From NCBI GenBank assembly GCA_963675525.2, contig CAXXSL010000005.1, forward strand, positions 1 through 64,000: a stretch of 64,000 nt of DNA. Reading direction: 5' to 3'. This document shows positions 20,801-30,950 of the stretch, one piece after another. A model generated the notes under the pieces. That model was not told where the DNA came from and ran no database searches. It saw only the letters and a program-made list of their open reading frames with translations. The stretch's first letter is position 1. Every line of letters begins with the position of its first letter. The stretch comes from Anaerohalosphaeraceae bacterium. Lineage in GTDB: Bacteria > Planctomycetota > Phycisphaerae > Sedimentisphaerales > Anaerohalosphaeraceae. The translations under genes and the position numbers were made by a program.

Positions 20801-21854
20801 CAGCGATCCGATTAACAATCTTGGCGCTGTTGAGCTATCCTCTTATGCAGGTCAATCGCTTGCAAATTACGCCAGTGATTTGAACGGCATGAATACGGTG
20901 ATCTTTAACAAGGATGCCGGACCGGATTGGTTAACGGTGGCAAGCGATGGAACGCTTTCAGGAATCCCACTTGATTCGAACGTGGGAGAGAATGCCTTTA
21001 CCTTCCGGGTCACAGATACGGGTGGTTTATCCGATACTGCTACGATGACGATTCAGGTAGCCAATATCTATTCCGGCGTTCTCGGCACCGATGATCTGCT
21101 CGGCTTGGCGGCTCAATGGCTGTCGCTGGATTGTGTGGATGTCCCGGCCTGTAACGGCGCGGATCTGGATGGCGATGATGATGTCTCCATCTCAGATTTC
21201 TCAGTATTAGCCCATAATTGGCTGGGTGATGAAGCCCTGCAGCTTCATTTGAAATTCGACGAAACAAGCGGCGATGCGGCATACGATAGCTCGATCTATT
21301 GGCGGCCAGGCACGCTTGTCAATGCTCCGGCCTGGGATTTGGGCTATTCCGGCAATGCCCTTAGTTTTGACGGCACGAACGACTATGTCGAAGTGTCCGG
21401 CTATCAAGGCATTCCCGGCGGTGGCAGCCGTACCTGTATGGCTTGGGTTAAAACCGCTTCGGTCTCCGGTGAGATCCTGACGTGGGGCGAAGAATACAAT
21501 GGCGGCCGCTGGGTCATTCGTGTCAATGAAGGCGGTCAGCTTCGCGCGGAAGTCCAGGGCGGCAATATCATCGGCACCACCGTCATCAATAATGACACAT
21601 GGCACCATGTTGCCGTTGTGATCATCGATGACGGCAGCCCGGATATTGCGGAAGCTCAATTGTATGTTGACGGTCAGCTTGAAACGGTTAGCTCCTTTGC
21701 GGACGAGCCGATCAATAGCGGTTCGGCTGAAGATGTTAAGATCGGCGCGTATTTAGCCGCCGGCGGTCCCCGTTACTTCCAGGGCCTGATCGACGAGGTA
21801 CGGATCTATGATACGGCACTGACGGAACAGGAAATTCAGAGTCTTGTGCAATAA
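17892..21854 (+). CDS. Rhamnogalacturonan lyase PL11 + FN3-like + LamG + Ig-like + dockerin-like + LamG
   Basis: Same PL11 motifs (GQGNHNLTV, GHGDALH, TLMHDSQYR, YNQPPH), with extra FN3-like and LamG modules before the shared tail. Confidence 0.92.
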   Translation: MKKAVVLKSIFLSVLLVTVFAGFSAGGTRFMENLDRGVVAVSTGPGIYIGWRMFGTDPTDIAFNVYRNSAKLNASPITTSTNYLDTTGTTGNTYFIVPVIGGVEQAASEPVAVWDSFCHSINLASVSGSYSPNDASVGDLDGDGQYEIVIKRLSTDISQTSTTFHLIEAYRLDGTFLWRLNLGPNNLYAPEEINPMVYDFDSDGRAEVVLRTCEGNVDGIGVSIGDTDSDGKTDYRDSVATPGGGWYMTEGPEFLSIFDGLTGEEIARTDYIERDPLSQWGLPGMTTGQYAHRADKCMMTPAYLDGQRPSLVICRGIYHRIKMEAWNFRDGSLSNVWSFDTDNWPGYAGQGNHNLTVGDVDNDGKDEIVYASMCVDDNGSGLYTTGLGHGDALHMSDMIPDRPGLEVVAVHESGDNGTTLRDAGTGEILWQKTAIGDTGRGCAAHIDSRYPGYQMWSVASGGTYNATDKSLISANLPNWGNFLLWWDGDLQREILDDISGHNNPYLDKWYGDGAGRLLSIYNVPTQYGTSSNNGTKGNPCLSGDILGDWREEMIYRSSDNTQLRIFTTTDVTNYRFYTLMHDSQYRTAIAWQCNMYNQPPHPSFYIGAGMSDPPVPDIILVGGDPDETNPPIPDPMEWIFVPHVSGNGSIAMQAATAIDPSGVEYYFDCTSGGGHDSGWQDSTFYKDTGLTENVTYTYTVTARDKSNNQNTTLASIPVSCVVENMTGLVFWDFEDGIENTPLSSMSYGGSRDTISGIIMYGFDPTYGPSFSAEAPPDSGLSIYCSGSQDGYTLDASLNAWSPQTWTIEVSVKLNDISGWETFVGRDGSSNGDPESDFYLQKNNDSTSAVPGAFRVNYETVTGLRWKLDADFPVQANRWYRLAVTSDGAMIRMYCDKLDGNGYQLVGSLDISSQTPAQNALAQGGDNWTFARGWYSGAFVDHINGYLDNVRFTETALTPEEFLDVISPVFTSDPINNLGAVELSSYAGQSLANYASDLNGMNTVIFNKDAGPDWLTVASDGTLSGIPLDSNVGENAFTFRVTDTGGLSDTATMTIQVANIYSGVLGTDDLLGLAAQWLSLDCVDVPACNGADLDGDDDVSISDFSVLAHNWLGDEALQLHLKFDETSGDAAYDSSIYWRPGTLVNAPAWDLGYSGNALSFDGTNDYVEVSGYQGIPGGGSRTCMAWVKTASVSGEILTWGEEYNGGRWVIRVNEGGQLRAEVQGGNIIGTTVINNDTWHHVAVVIIDDGSPDIAEAQLYVDGQLETVSSFADEPINSGSAEDVKIGAYLAAGGPRYFQGLIDEVRIYDTALTEQEIQSLVQ
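20788..21839 (+). repeat. Copy 2 of duplicated C-terminal module
   Basis: Near-identical to 16772-17820 with one 3-nt indel near the 5' end. Confidence 0.95.
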
Positions 21855-21996
21855 AATTATTATTTGGACAATATGCCTTGCCGATTGGTCTTTTTGAGTT
21901 TTTAGAGGCGGCAAATAATTGGTTGACAACGAAATAAATAAGGTAAATTATGTGGTGGATACGATGAATGATACTAAAGTAGAATCGGGAGGTCAG

Positions 21997-24730
21997 ATGA
22001 AAAAGCGGCATATCATAAGGATTTTGGTCACGGTCTTTGCGTTCACCTTAACTTCATATTCTGTTGAGGCAGCACGGACCATGGAAGATCTGGATCGAGG
22101 CGTAGTCGCTGTTTATCAGGGCGGCAGTCAGGTTTATATCGGTTGGCGTATGCTGGGGGTCGATCCTGACACGATCGGTTTTAATATCTATCGCGATTCC
22201 GTCAAGATTAACACTTCGCCGATTACCGGTTCAACCAATTACACCGATACGGCGGGGAGTTTAAGCAGTACATATACTGTCGCGGCTGTGATTGGCGGGG
22301 TTGAAGAGGACATGTCCGATCCGGTCGAGGTGTGGGCACAGCAGTATCTTGAAGTTGGGCTTCAGGTGCCTGCGGGTGTGACGACGCCGGATGACGTGAC
22401 TTGTAGTTATAGTCCCAATGATGCCAGTGTCGGCGATCTTGACGGTGACGGACAATATGAAATCATTCTGAAATGGGACCCATCCAATTCCAGGGACAAT
22501 TCCCAATCCGGCTACACGGGCAATGTCTATCTGGACGCTTATGAAATGGACGGAACATTCCTCTGGCGTATCGATTTGGGTATCAACATCCGTGCCGGCG
22601 CCCATTATACGCAGTTCGTTGTGTATGACCTTGACAGCGACGGCAGGGCGGAAGTGGCCTGCAGAACGGCGCCCTATACGGTCGACGGACAGGGCAACAA
22701 TGTACTTATGCCGGGCGATACCCTGACTGATTATCGTAATACATCAGGCTATATATTAACAGGCCCGGAATACCTGACGATTTTTGACGGATTAACCGGA
22801 GCGGCGCTGGCAAACACCGATTATTATCCTGACCGAGTGAAGTGTCAGCCAATGGGGTGACAGTTACGGCAATCGTGTGGACCGTTTTCTTGCCGGTGTT
22901 GCTTATTTAGACGGCCAGAAACCCAGTCTTATTATGGCACGGGGTTACTATGGACCGCAAAGCGGTTATTCGTCACGAAATGAGATTACTGCGTGGGATT
23001 GGCGTGATGGCGAGTTGACCCAGCGTTGGTGGTTCAAGGCCGGCCTTGGAATCAATGACGATATTAACAGCGATTATATTGGACAGGGGAACCATCAATT
23101 GAGCATCGGGGATGCGGACGGAGACGGCTTTGACGAAATTATGTATGGTGCCTGTGCCGTTGATCATGATGGAACCGGTCTTTATACAACCGGTTATGGA
23201 CACGGGGATGCAATGCATTTTTCTGATCTGGATCCAAGCCGGCCGGGCCTGGAGGTTTTCACGATCCACGAAGGAAGCGGGCCGGGTTCAACATTTCGAG
23301 ATGCAGCTACCGGGACGATTCTCTGGGAGACAGCCGGTGCGGATGTTGGCCGGGGCGTATCAGCGGATATTGATGCCGCTTATCCGGGTGCTGAATGCTG
23401 GGGTTTTGGCGGACTGCGAAGTTGTACCGGCACGGTCATCAGCAGTTCAAGCCCGTCTTCTACAAATTTTGTGGTCTTGTGGGATGCGGACCTGCTGAGT
23501 GAACTGCTGAACAGTAATGAGATCAGGAAACACGGCGGTTCCACGCTGCTTACAGCGTCTGGATGTTCATCGAATAACGGAACCAAATCCACCCCCACTT
23601 TGTCGGCGGATATTCTGGGAGACTGGAGAGAAGAAGTGATCTGGAGAACCTCTGATAACAGTTCTCTGAGAATTTATACAACGACAAATGTCACGAGCCA
23701 TCGGATTTATACCCTCATGCACGACCCGCAGTATCGAATGGCGATCGCGTGGCAAAATGGAGCATACAACCAGCCGCCTCATCCCGGTTTTTTCCTGGGA
23801 GACGGTATGGCCGCTCCGCCGATCCCGGATATTATCCTGGCAGGAACGCCACCATTGTACGGCGATTTTACCGGGGATTATAAAGTCAATATGGAAGACC
23901 TGCCTACCTTTGTTGGTTTCTGGCTGGAGGATAATTGCACCCTGACAGCCGAACTGGATTTGAATGAAGATTGTATCATTAATTATTATGAATTTTCTTT
24001 CCTGGCCGGCAACTGGAGCGGTCCTGATATTACCCCTCCATCGGCTCCGATTGGCCTGTCGGTGACTGCCCACAACAGTACCGTTTCACTGGACTGGAAT
24101 GATAACAGCGAAAGTGATCTGGACGGATACAATGTGTATCGTTCGACGACTTCAGGCAGTGGTTACTCGCTGTTGAACATATCGCTTTTAAGCAGTTCGG
24201 ACTATATCGACAATGACGTCGTGAATGGCACAACCTATTACTATGTTGTTACTGCATTAGATGCGTGGTCAAATGAGTCAGACACCTCAAGTGAAGTGTC
24301 TGCAACACCCGATGTGATCACCACCATCACGATACAGGAAAACGAAGCCGGATTTGTTGGCGTTTTCACAGGTGTCGCGGCTGAAACCACCAACTCCGGT
24401 TATACAGGCGCAGGGTATGCGAATACGGACAATGCCATCGGCAATTATATTGAATGGACGGTTGATGCCGCTGCATCCGGCACGTACGATTTGCAATGGC
24501 GATTTGCGAATGGAACCACTTCTGACAGAACGGCAAGTGTCAGCGTTAATGGCGGGACACAGGCGACGAATGTTAGTTTTGTCGGCACAGGCGCTTGGAC
24601 TATATGGGACGTGTCGTCTATTGTGACTGTTTCGTTGACGGAAGGGACCAATACGATTCAGTTGGTTGCTGAAACGTCCAATGGATTGGCGAACATCGAC
24701 TGGATCGAAGTTACGGGTGCATTTCCCTGA
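21997..24730 (+). pseudogene. Third PL11 lyase + dockerin-like + FN3 + CBM35-like, split by a +1 frameshift near 22838 (pseudogene or sequencing error)
   Basis: ORFs 21919-22860 and 22877-24730 are the two halves of one PL11. Deleting t22838 gives DRGSVSQWGDSYGNRVDRF, matching PRGNVSDWGDSYGNRVDRF in the first paralog. RBS ggagg precedes ATG 21997. Confidence 0.88.
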
Positions 24731-24763
24731 AGCGAACCAGTCGAACTGGGTGTTATCGATGCG

Positions 24764-25813
24764 ATGCGGCTGGCCAATGACTATTTCATGGCGAAATGGC
24801 CTGATCCGGGTGAAGACATTGTAACGGACAAAGTACGTCCGAGCAATATCTGGACCCGTGCGACCTACTATGAAGGCTTGATGGGATTGTATGAGATCGA
24901 TCCCAATGCGCTATACTATAATTATGCGGTGGACTGGGGGGAGGCGCATAATTGGGGGATGCGAAGCGGTAATACGACGCGCAATGCAGATGACCAATGC
25001 TGCGGACAAACCTATATTGATCTGTATTTAATTGACCCACAGCCGGAGCGCATTCAAAATATCAAAGAGTCCATCGACGGCATGGTTAACAGCACCCCAA
25101 ATGATGATTGGTGGTGGATCGATGCGCTGCATATGGCCATGCCGGTCTTTGCCCGGTTGGGGGCGGTTTATGAAGACGATAACTATTTCGAAAAAATGTA
25201 CGAGCTTTATACGTACACCAAGGAAACTCATGGAACCAATGGACTCTATAATCCGGCTGATCATTTATGGTGGCGGGATGCGGATTTTGACCCTCCGTAT
25301 GTTGAACCGAACGGAGAAGACTGTTATTGGTCCAGGGGTAACGGCTGGGTCTTTGCGGCCATGGTGCGTGTACTGGATGTTATCCCTGAAGATGCCCCGC
25401 ACCGTCAGGAGTATGTGCAAACGTTTGTCGATATGGCACTGGCATTGGCTTTGGTTCAGCGATCGGACGGTTTCTGGAATGTCAGCTTGCATGATCCTAA
25501 TAACTATGGCGGAAAAGAAACCAGCGGGACCGCGTTTTTTACGTATGGGCTGGCTTGGGGCGTCAACCATGGATTGCTGGACGCAGAGACCTATACGCCC
25601 ATTGCGATGAAAGGGTGGGACGGCCTGGTCAATGACAGCCTTCATCCAAACGGTTTTTTGGGATACGTCCAAAGCACCGGAAAACAGCCCTCGGATGGAC
25701 AACCTGTAGGCTATGATACAGTCCCGAATTTCGAGGATTACGGCTTAGGGGCATTTCTGCTGGCCGGAAGCGAAGTCTATAAACTGTCTGAAATACTTAC
25801 TCTTCCGCAATAG
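24764..25813 (+). CDS. Unsaturated rhamnogalacturonyl hydrolase (GH105/GH88-like); possibly the C-terminal domain of the preceding gene
   Basis: WTRATYYEG, NADDQCCGQ, WWWIDALHMAMP, YWSRGNGWV, ETSGTAFFTYG, DYGLGAFLLAG. No signal peptide or clear RBS; in frame with the upstream ORF across TGA 24728-24730. Confidence 0.88.
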   Translation: MRLANDYFMAKWPDPGEDIVTDKVRPSNIWTRATYYEGLMGLYEIDPNALYYNYAVDWGEAHNWGMRSGNTTRNADDQCCGQTYIDLYLIDPQPERIQNIKESIDGMVNSTPNDDWWWIDALHMAMPVFARLGAVYEDDNYFEKMYELYTYTKETHGTNGLYNPADHLWWRDADFDPPYVEPNGEDCYWSRGNGWVFAAMVRVLDVIPEDAPHRQEYVQTFVDMALALALVQRSDGFWNVSLHDPNNYGGKETSGTAFFTYGLAWGVNHGLLDAETYTPIAMKGWDGLVNDSLHPNGFLGYVQSTGKQPSDGQPVGYDTVPNFEDYGLGAFLLAGSEVYKLSEILTLPQ

Positions 25814-25844
25814 CGTATTTCGATTCGTTGCTATATTTAAAGAT

Positions 25845-28800
25845 TTAATCTTGGTTAGCGTGGCTTTCAATTTTATATCGAGATAATGGACAATCCTTTA
25901 ACGATTGAAGTGCCTGTGCCAGTATTTCGGCATTCAGTTTTGCGCCAGCAGGCGTCGTATGAGTATGGTCGTTGAGAAAATACAAGCTGTTCACTTTTTT
26001 CGGGCCCAGCTTTTCATACTCTGCTACAATGAGTTCATTGAGGTCGATAAAATTCACATCTTGTTCTTTTGCAACTTGAGCGGCCCATGTGACATAATCG
26101 CCCTCTGTCCGGACAACTTCTCCATTTTCCCACTTATCCCTTGGAACCGGTGAAACAACGATCGGGACCGCACCCTTTGCTTTTGTATCATTGATATATT
26201 TTCGCATGTACCAGCCATAGGTGCGAACCAATTCTTTTTGTTCGGTTGCTTCTATCACGACTTCCTCTATTTCGTCGCCGATCCCCTTTAATGAACCGCG
26301 TGCCCGACCGGTATTTAAGGACCCGCCATCGTTGTGTCCAAACTGCATCAGCACAAAATCGCCGGGCTTTAACTCATCGAGCACCCGGTTCCACAGACCT
26401 TCCGTTTGAAAGGTACGGCTGCTGCGGCCGGCGCGTGCATAATTACGCACGGTGGCTTTAAATGGATCAAAATACTGTTCGATCACATCCCCCCAACCTT
26501 GAATTCCCGCTCCGCTGTTGTGGACCGTTGAATCACCGATAACAAAAACCGTATGCCGTTTGTCAGCTACTGTGTCCGTCTGGCTGTTCAGGTCAACATC
26601 TTTCAAGGACTGCAGTGTGACCGGTCCGAGTAATCCGGAATCGAACAGCGGCCAGTCGGAAGCATCGAACGGTTTATAATTCACATTCACAACGTTAATA
26701 TCATAGAAATACTTCCAGTTCACCTTTCGCTGATCCATGTCTCGGATTCGATTGGCGGCCAGATTGGTTACCTCGATCGAAAGGGTATTTTTGCCGGAAG
26801 ACAACGCTTTACCCACATGCAATTGGAACGGTTCGGACCAAAGAGGGCCGAGAGAAACGCCATTCAGAGTAACGCGGGCGCTTTGGCAGACACGTCCCAA
26901 ATTCAAAATCCAATCGTCGGCTTTTTCGTTTGGTGCATCGAAGGTAATTGTATAACGAGCCGTACCGAAAAACCGCTTTGCTTCTTCATCGTCCCGTCCC
27001 GTCCATGAGGCTAATTGCGTTGTTTGGTACCCCTCCGGCAGAACGGGTCCGCCATCAACGAATTTAACGTCCCAAGATCCTTCGATGCGTATTGGAGTTC
27101 CAGATGCTTGCGAATATTCCCATGCCGGGCCGTTGCCTTTCTTTTTGGTCAATGTCCGAAGAATCAATGATTGTTCCCGCTCTAACTGCAGATATACCTG
27201 TGTACGCTCGTCCACCTTCCGAATAGCGGCCCAGCCGGTGCGATTCTCAAAAAGCGGGTCCATCAATACGGCAGACTGTGCCGGTTTTCCCAGCGTCATC
27301 CATCCGTCGAATGCTTTTGGACTGCAGTTGACAAAGAAGTAATCAAAACCTTCCGCGTTGCGTCGTCGCTCAAATCGGATACCCGAATCCATTGCGGACT
27401 CACGGGCGACAGAGACGTCTTTGAGCATCGATTCCAAATCGGCCACCATTAGTTTGCCTTTGCCCAAAGTCACTTCAAGATGAGCAGCAGGTAATTGATC
27501 CCGACCTGATTTTATCGCTTCAAAATTCGGCAGGACCTCCTTCTTCAATTTATTCAAGGAGGCTCGCCGTTTTTCCAGGTCCGCCAGTCCGGGGACATCG
27601 CCGGGCAGCCAATCCTGGAACAGAACCGTTGCCCCTTCCCGCGTGAGTTGAAGAAGTATAGCCATCGTCTCAGGCGGAATCAAGTTGCAATGCGGAACCA
27701 CGATCACATCGTATTTGACCCGGTTAATGACGATTTTCCCATCCTGACAGGATGCCCGTGAAAGAAATTTGTCGGAAACAGCATCATACGTATACCCCTT
27801 CTTCCACAACGTCATCGCCGCACGATAAAACGCCGAAGGGTAAAGCCATTGGTCCTGATTATGAACGGTGAAAGTCATGTGCAGTTTTTCTTTTTTCTGC
27901 CAATAATCATAGATCGGCAGATACAGCAGAATATCATTATCCGCTTGTCCGGATTGCAGGATTGATTGACAGCGCGTGACATATGCATTATATGCCGGTA
28001 AGTCGTGCCACAAACCGCCGGCAGGGCCAAAGTTTACAGACGCATAAAACTGCCAGCCCGGCCACGCCGCTTCTTTGGGAGAATAGGGAATCCCATGGAA
28101 GAAAATGTGATTAACACCCGTCAAAAACAAAAAATCCGTCGCTTCTTTCAGATTGGCCGGCGATGTTTGAAAATGTTCCCTCAGCCATGTAAACGACTCC
28201 GACGACGCCAGCGTCCTGCCGTTTAGATGAGCCGCTGATGAACTGAACTTCAACATCGGAATTTGTTCTTCATTGACAACCCGGAAAATTTCCGTCTCAG
28301 GAATATCCACGGCCCCATACAAGTCGACCAGATTCCCCGGAGCGCCATGCGCCTGATTTCTCGAAAGCCCACCCTTCGAGTGACACCAGTCAGTCCATCG
28401 CCAAATGTAATCCATATGCAAATCATTGATCATTTCGTGATAATCACACATTACGCGAGCGACTGTATCTTCCGGCCCGTCTCCAAACAAGGCCTCGATG
28501 TGGTCACGCAAATCATAGCCGCGACGGGACTGAAATGCCGCGAAGAAATCCGGCGTCCAGGTCGCGCCGTAATATTCAAAAGAATCGTGAAAATACGCCC
28601 GCGGCATGGGGCCTTGATAATCGTCAAACGCCTTGTCGAAAACGTTGAGATAATCGCCCATCGCCTTGACGGAATACGGGTCTAGCACGTACCCTTCACC
28701 GCCCGGTGCTGCCCGTTTAACTTTCTGCACGGGACGTTTCACGGCCACCGCATAGAGTGTCCATGTGCCCGCCGGAGCTGTCCATACAAGCTTGCCTTCC

Positions 28801-29360
28801 TGAACCTTATCGGAAAGATCGATCCGTTTGCCTTCTGCTGAAACAGCAAGCAAATAGTGCAATGGTTCTTTCGGTAATGGTTCTGTGAGTTTTCCGTCCT
28901 TTAGCTCGTAACGTTTCAGGATCACACTGGATGAGGCATTTTCCTTTTTTACCATCGGCCCGCCGAACGGCCAGCCCGTTCCCACGGTTAAATCCACTCC
29001 GATATCCAGACGTTTGCCCTCACGCAAGGTGTGTCCAAGCCGTTTCATCCACTCCGGCGACAGAAAATCAGTAAACGTCTCTTCATAGCCTTTGACACCA
29101 TAGATCGGACAAATTTCGACGCCGCCGATCCCCGCTTGTTGATACTGCGACAACAAGTGAGTCAGGCTTTCTTCGTCCACGGCACTGCCCATCCACCACC
29201 ATCGTGTCCACGGATGATTCTGCTTTGTCGCCGCCGGCCAGGTTAACTCGCCGGATACAGGTTTTTCCTGTGCCGCACAGCCGGAATCAAAAATTGCAAG
29301 TATCGACAGGGCCGCCATTGTCAGGATAAACATCCCACCTCGGTTTAGATATGTCTGCAT
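25845..29360 (-). CDS. GH106 alpha-L-rhamnosidase-like protein fused to a C-terminal SGNH rhamnogalacturonan acetylesterase (CE12-like)
   Basis: PWTRWWWMGSAVD, GIGGVEICPIYG, GTGWPFGGP, FHDSFE, ASSESFTWL; tail VIGDSTV, ARAGRSSRTF, QFGHNDG, DHTHT. Confidence 0.88.
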   Translation of the reverse strand: MQTYLNRGGMFILTMAALSILAIFDSGCAAQEKPVSGELTWPAATKQNHPWTRWWWMGSAVDEESLTHLLSQYQQAGIGGVEICPIYGVKGYEETFTDFLSPEWMKRLGHTLREGKRLDIGVDLTVGTGWPFGGPMVKKENASSSVILKRYELKDGKLTEPLPKEPLHYLLAVSAEGKRIDLSDKVQEGKLVWTAPAGTWTLYAVAVKRPVQKVKRAAPGGEGYVLDPYSVKAMGDYLNVFDKAFDDYQGPMPRAYFHDSFEYYGATWTPDFFAAFQSRRGYDLRDHIEALFGDGPEDTVARVMCDYHEMINDLHMDYIWRWTDWCHSKGGLSRNQAHGAPGNLVDLYGAVDIPETEIFRVVNEEQIPMLKFSSSAAHLNGRTLASSESFTWLREHFQTSPANLKEATDFLFLTGVNHIFFHGIPYSPKEAAWPGWQFYASVNFGPAGGLWHDLPAYNAYVTRCQSILQSGQADNDILLYLPIYDYWQKKEKLHMTFTVHNQDQWLYPSAFYRAAMTLWKKGYTYDAVSDKFLSRASCQDGKIVINRVKYDVIVVPHCNLIPPETMAILLQLTREGATVLFQDWLPGDVPGLADLEKRRASLNKLKKEVLPNFEAIKSGRDQLPAAHLEVTLGKGKLMVADLESMLKDVSVARESAMDSGIRFERRRNAEGFDYFFVNCSPKAFDGWMTLGKPAQSAVLMDPLFENRTGWAAIRKVDERTQVYLQLEREQSLILRTLTKKKGNGPAWEYSQASGTPIRIEGSWDVKFVDGGPVLPEGYQTTQLASWTGRDDEEAKRFFGTARYTITFDAPNEKADDWILNLGRVCQSARVTLNGVSLGPLWSEPFQLHVGKALSSGKNTLSIEVTNLAANRIRDMDQRKVNWKYFYDINVVNVNYKPFDASDWPLFDSGLLGPVTLQSLKDVDLNSQTDTVADKRHTVFVIGDSTVHNSGAGIQGWGDVIEQYFDPFKATVRNYARAGRSSRTFQTEGLWNRVLDELKPGDFVLMQFGHNDGGSLNTGRARGSLKGIGDEIEEVVIEATEQKELVRTYGWYMRKYINDTKAKGAVPIVVSPVPRDKWENGEVVRTEGDYVTWAAQVAKEQDVNFIDLNELIVAEYEKLGPKKVNSLYFLNDHTHTTPAGAKLNAEILAQALQSLKDCPLSRYKIESHANQD

Positions 29361-29425
29361 CGCATGATCCTCTAACTTCTATTTTCGATTACTGTTCGAA
29401 TGCAAAAGAATTTCGTTGGGGACTT

Positions 29426-30811
29426 CTAAAGACCCGTCATGTTTTCACAATTCTCAAATTCAATATCAGATCCATCCTTTGCTTTGACGGTTACATTTTT
29501 AAATGTCCAGCCTTCGGCATTTTTGATCGTACCGGCTTTGCCGGCAGTCATTTCAATATTCTCAAGAAGAAAGTTGCCGGCTCTTTGGTTTTTACGACCA
29601 TTGACGGAGATGGCCCGCTCCGAATCAACAGCTTTAATATTCGATATCCGGATATCCCGAATATAAGGCGTTCCCTGCTCTTCAGGAACAACCGTCATCA
29701 GTTTCTCCCAGTGCATCGGTAACTGGTCGCCCTTGGCCTCAATCTCCTTACGAACCTCATCCGGCACGGTATTATAAGAAGGATACCAGTCGTAATCCAG
29801 CTTAATCGCATCTCGGACATTCATCATCTCGATATCATGAATGTAAACGTCACGAACCGTACCGCCGCGTCCCTGGGTCGATTTAAAACGAATTCCTGTG
29901 CTGGTTCCATAGGCTTTAAGATTGTAAGCTTCGACATTATAGATGCCGCCGGAAGTCTCGCTGCCGCAGGTGATCAGACCGTGTCCCTTGCGCGCGATAC
30001 AATCCCGAATGATAATGTTATGCGTGGAACGGTTGACCCGCAACCCATCCGAATCCCGACCTGCCTTAAGGCAGAAGTTGTCATCATTGCAGTCAATGTC
30101 ACAGTTTTGGACCAATACATTGCTCGACGAGTCAATATCCACACCATCGGAACTGGGACCGACCTTTTCATCAAGATTGGCGCGGATCGTCAACCCGTCC
30201 ACAACAACATTCGTACTGTAGCATATATGAAGCGTCCAAAAGCCCGGCTCTTTGAGTGTCAACCCCTCAACCATCACATTGGATGCATTGTAGATCAGCA
30301 TCAGACGCGGCCGTTTGCAGTCATAATCCACAACCCAGCGCAAGCCCTTTGCATCGTACTCCTTACGCATATTCCAATACTTATCCCACCACATCGAACC
30401 GGAACCGTCAATCGTCCCTTCACCGTAGATTTTCACACCGGACAGATCATGCGCATTGATCAGCGCCGCAGGCCACATCGTTTCGATGCCCGCTACACGC
30501 GTATAAACATCCGGGTAGGCTGATTCGTCCTGAACGCCTTTGACCAGAACGTCTTTGTCCACACGAAAGTCCACCTTGTCTTTCAGGAAAATTGATCCGG
30601 TCATATACGTTCCGGGCGAAAACACAACTGTACCGCCGCCTGCTTTGGCGCAGGTGTCAATCGTTTTCTGAATGGCCTCGGTACAAACCGTCTTGCCATT
30701 CGGAACGGCTCCATACTCACAGGCATTGAATTCCGCTGAAAATACGAAATGACTGATCCCCAGCATGACCCATAATAAACAAACTCTCAATACAGCACAA
30801 TTCTTTTGCAT
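29426..30811 (-). CDS. GH28 polygalacturonase/rhamnogalacturonase-family glycoside hydrolase
   Basis: GTIDGSG, SSDGVDIDSS, CNDDNFCLKAG, GHGLITCGSE, GIRFKS. Start moved to ATG 30811 (RBS aagga, signal peptide follows). Confidence 0.92.
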   Translation of the reverse strand: MQKNCAVLRVCLLWVMLGISHFVFSAEFNACEYGAVPNGKTVCTEAIQKTIDTCAKAGGGTVVFSPGTYMTGSIFLKDKVDFRVDKDVLVKGVQDESAYPDVYTRVAGIETMWPAALINAHDLSGVKIYGEGTIDGSGSMWWDKYWNMRKEYDAKGLRWVVDYDCKRPRLMLIYNASNVMVEGLTLKEPGFWTLHICYSTNVVVDGLTIRANLDEKVGPSSDGVDIDSSSNVLVQNCDIDCNDDNFCLKAGRDSDGLRVNRSTHNIIIRDCIARKGHGLITCGSETSGGIYNVEAYNLKAYGTSTGIRFKSTQGRGGTVRDVYIHDIEMMNVRDAIKLDYDWYPSYNTVPDEVRKEIEAKGDQLPMHWEKLMTVVPEEQGTPYIRDIRISNIKAVDSERAISVNGRKNQRAGNFLLENIEMTAGKAGTIKNAEGWTFKNVTVKAKDGSDIEFENCENMTGL

Positions 30812-30950
30812 GATCAGATTCCTTGTGTTTTCAGTTAATAAATTCTTTTTATCCCATGGCATTGCTCATTACCGAATCCACGTCTTTGGCAGATGGTCCG
30901 GCCGGACAATCTCCTCCACATAGACTTTCGACTGGTCATTCAACTTCTTT

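Noticed and set aside
22830..22845. Programmed ribosomal frameshift or phase variation
   Set aside because: No slippery heptamer, homopolymer or short tandem repeat at the site.
24728..24750. Selenocysteine codon with a SECIS element
   Set aside because: The TGA lies in an interdomain linker with no Cys-type catalytic context, and the hairpin is only 5 bp and very close to the codon.
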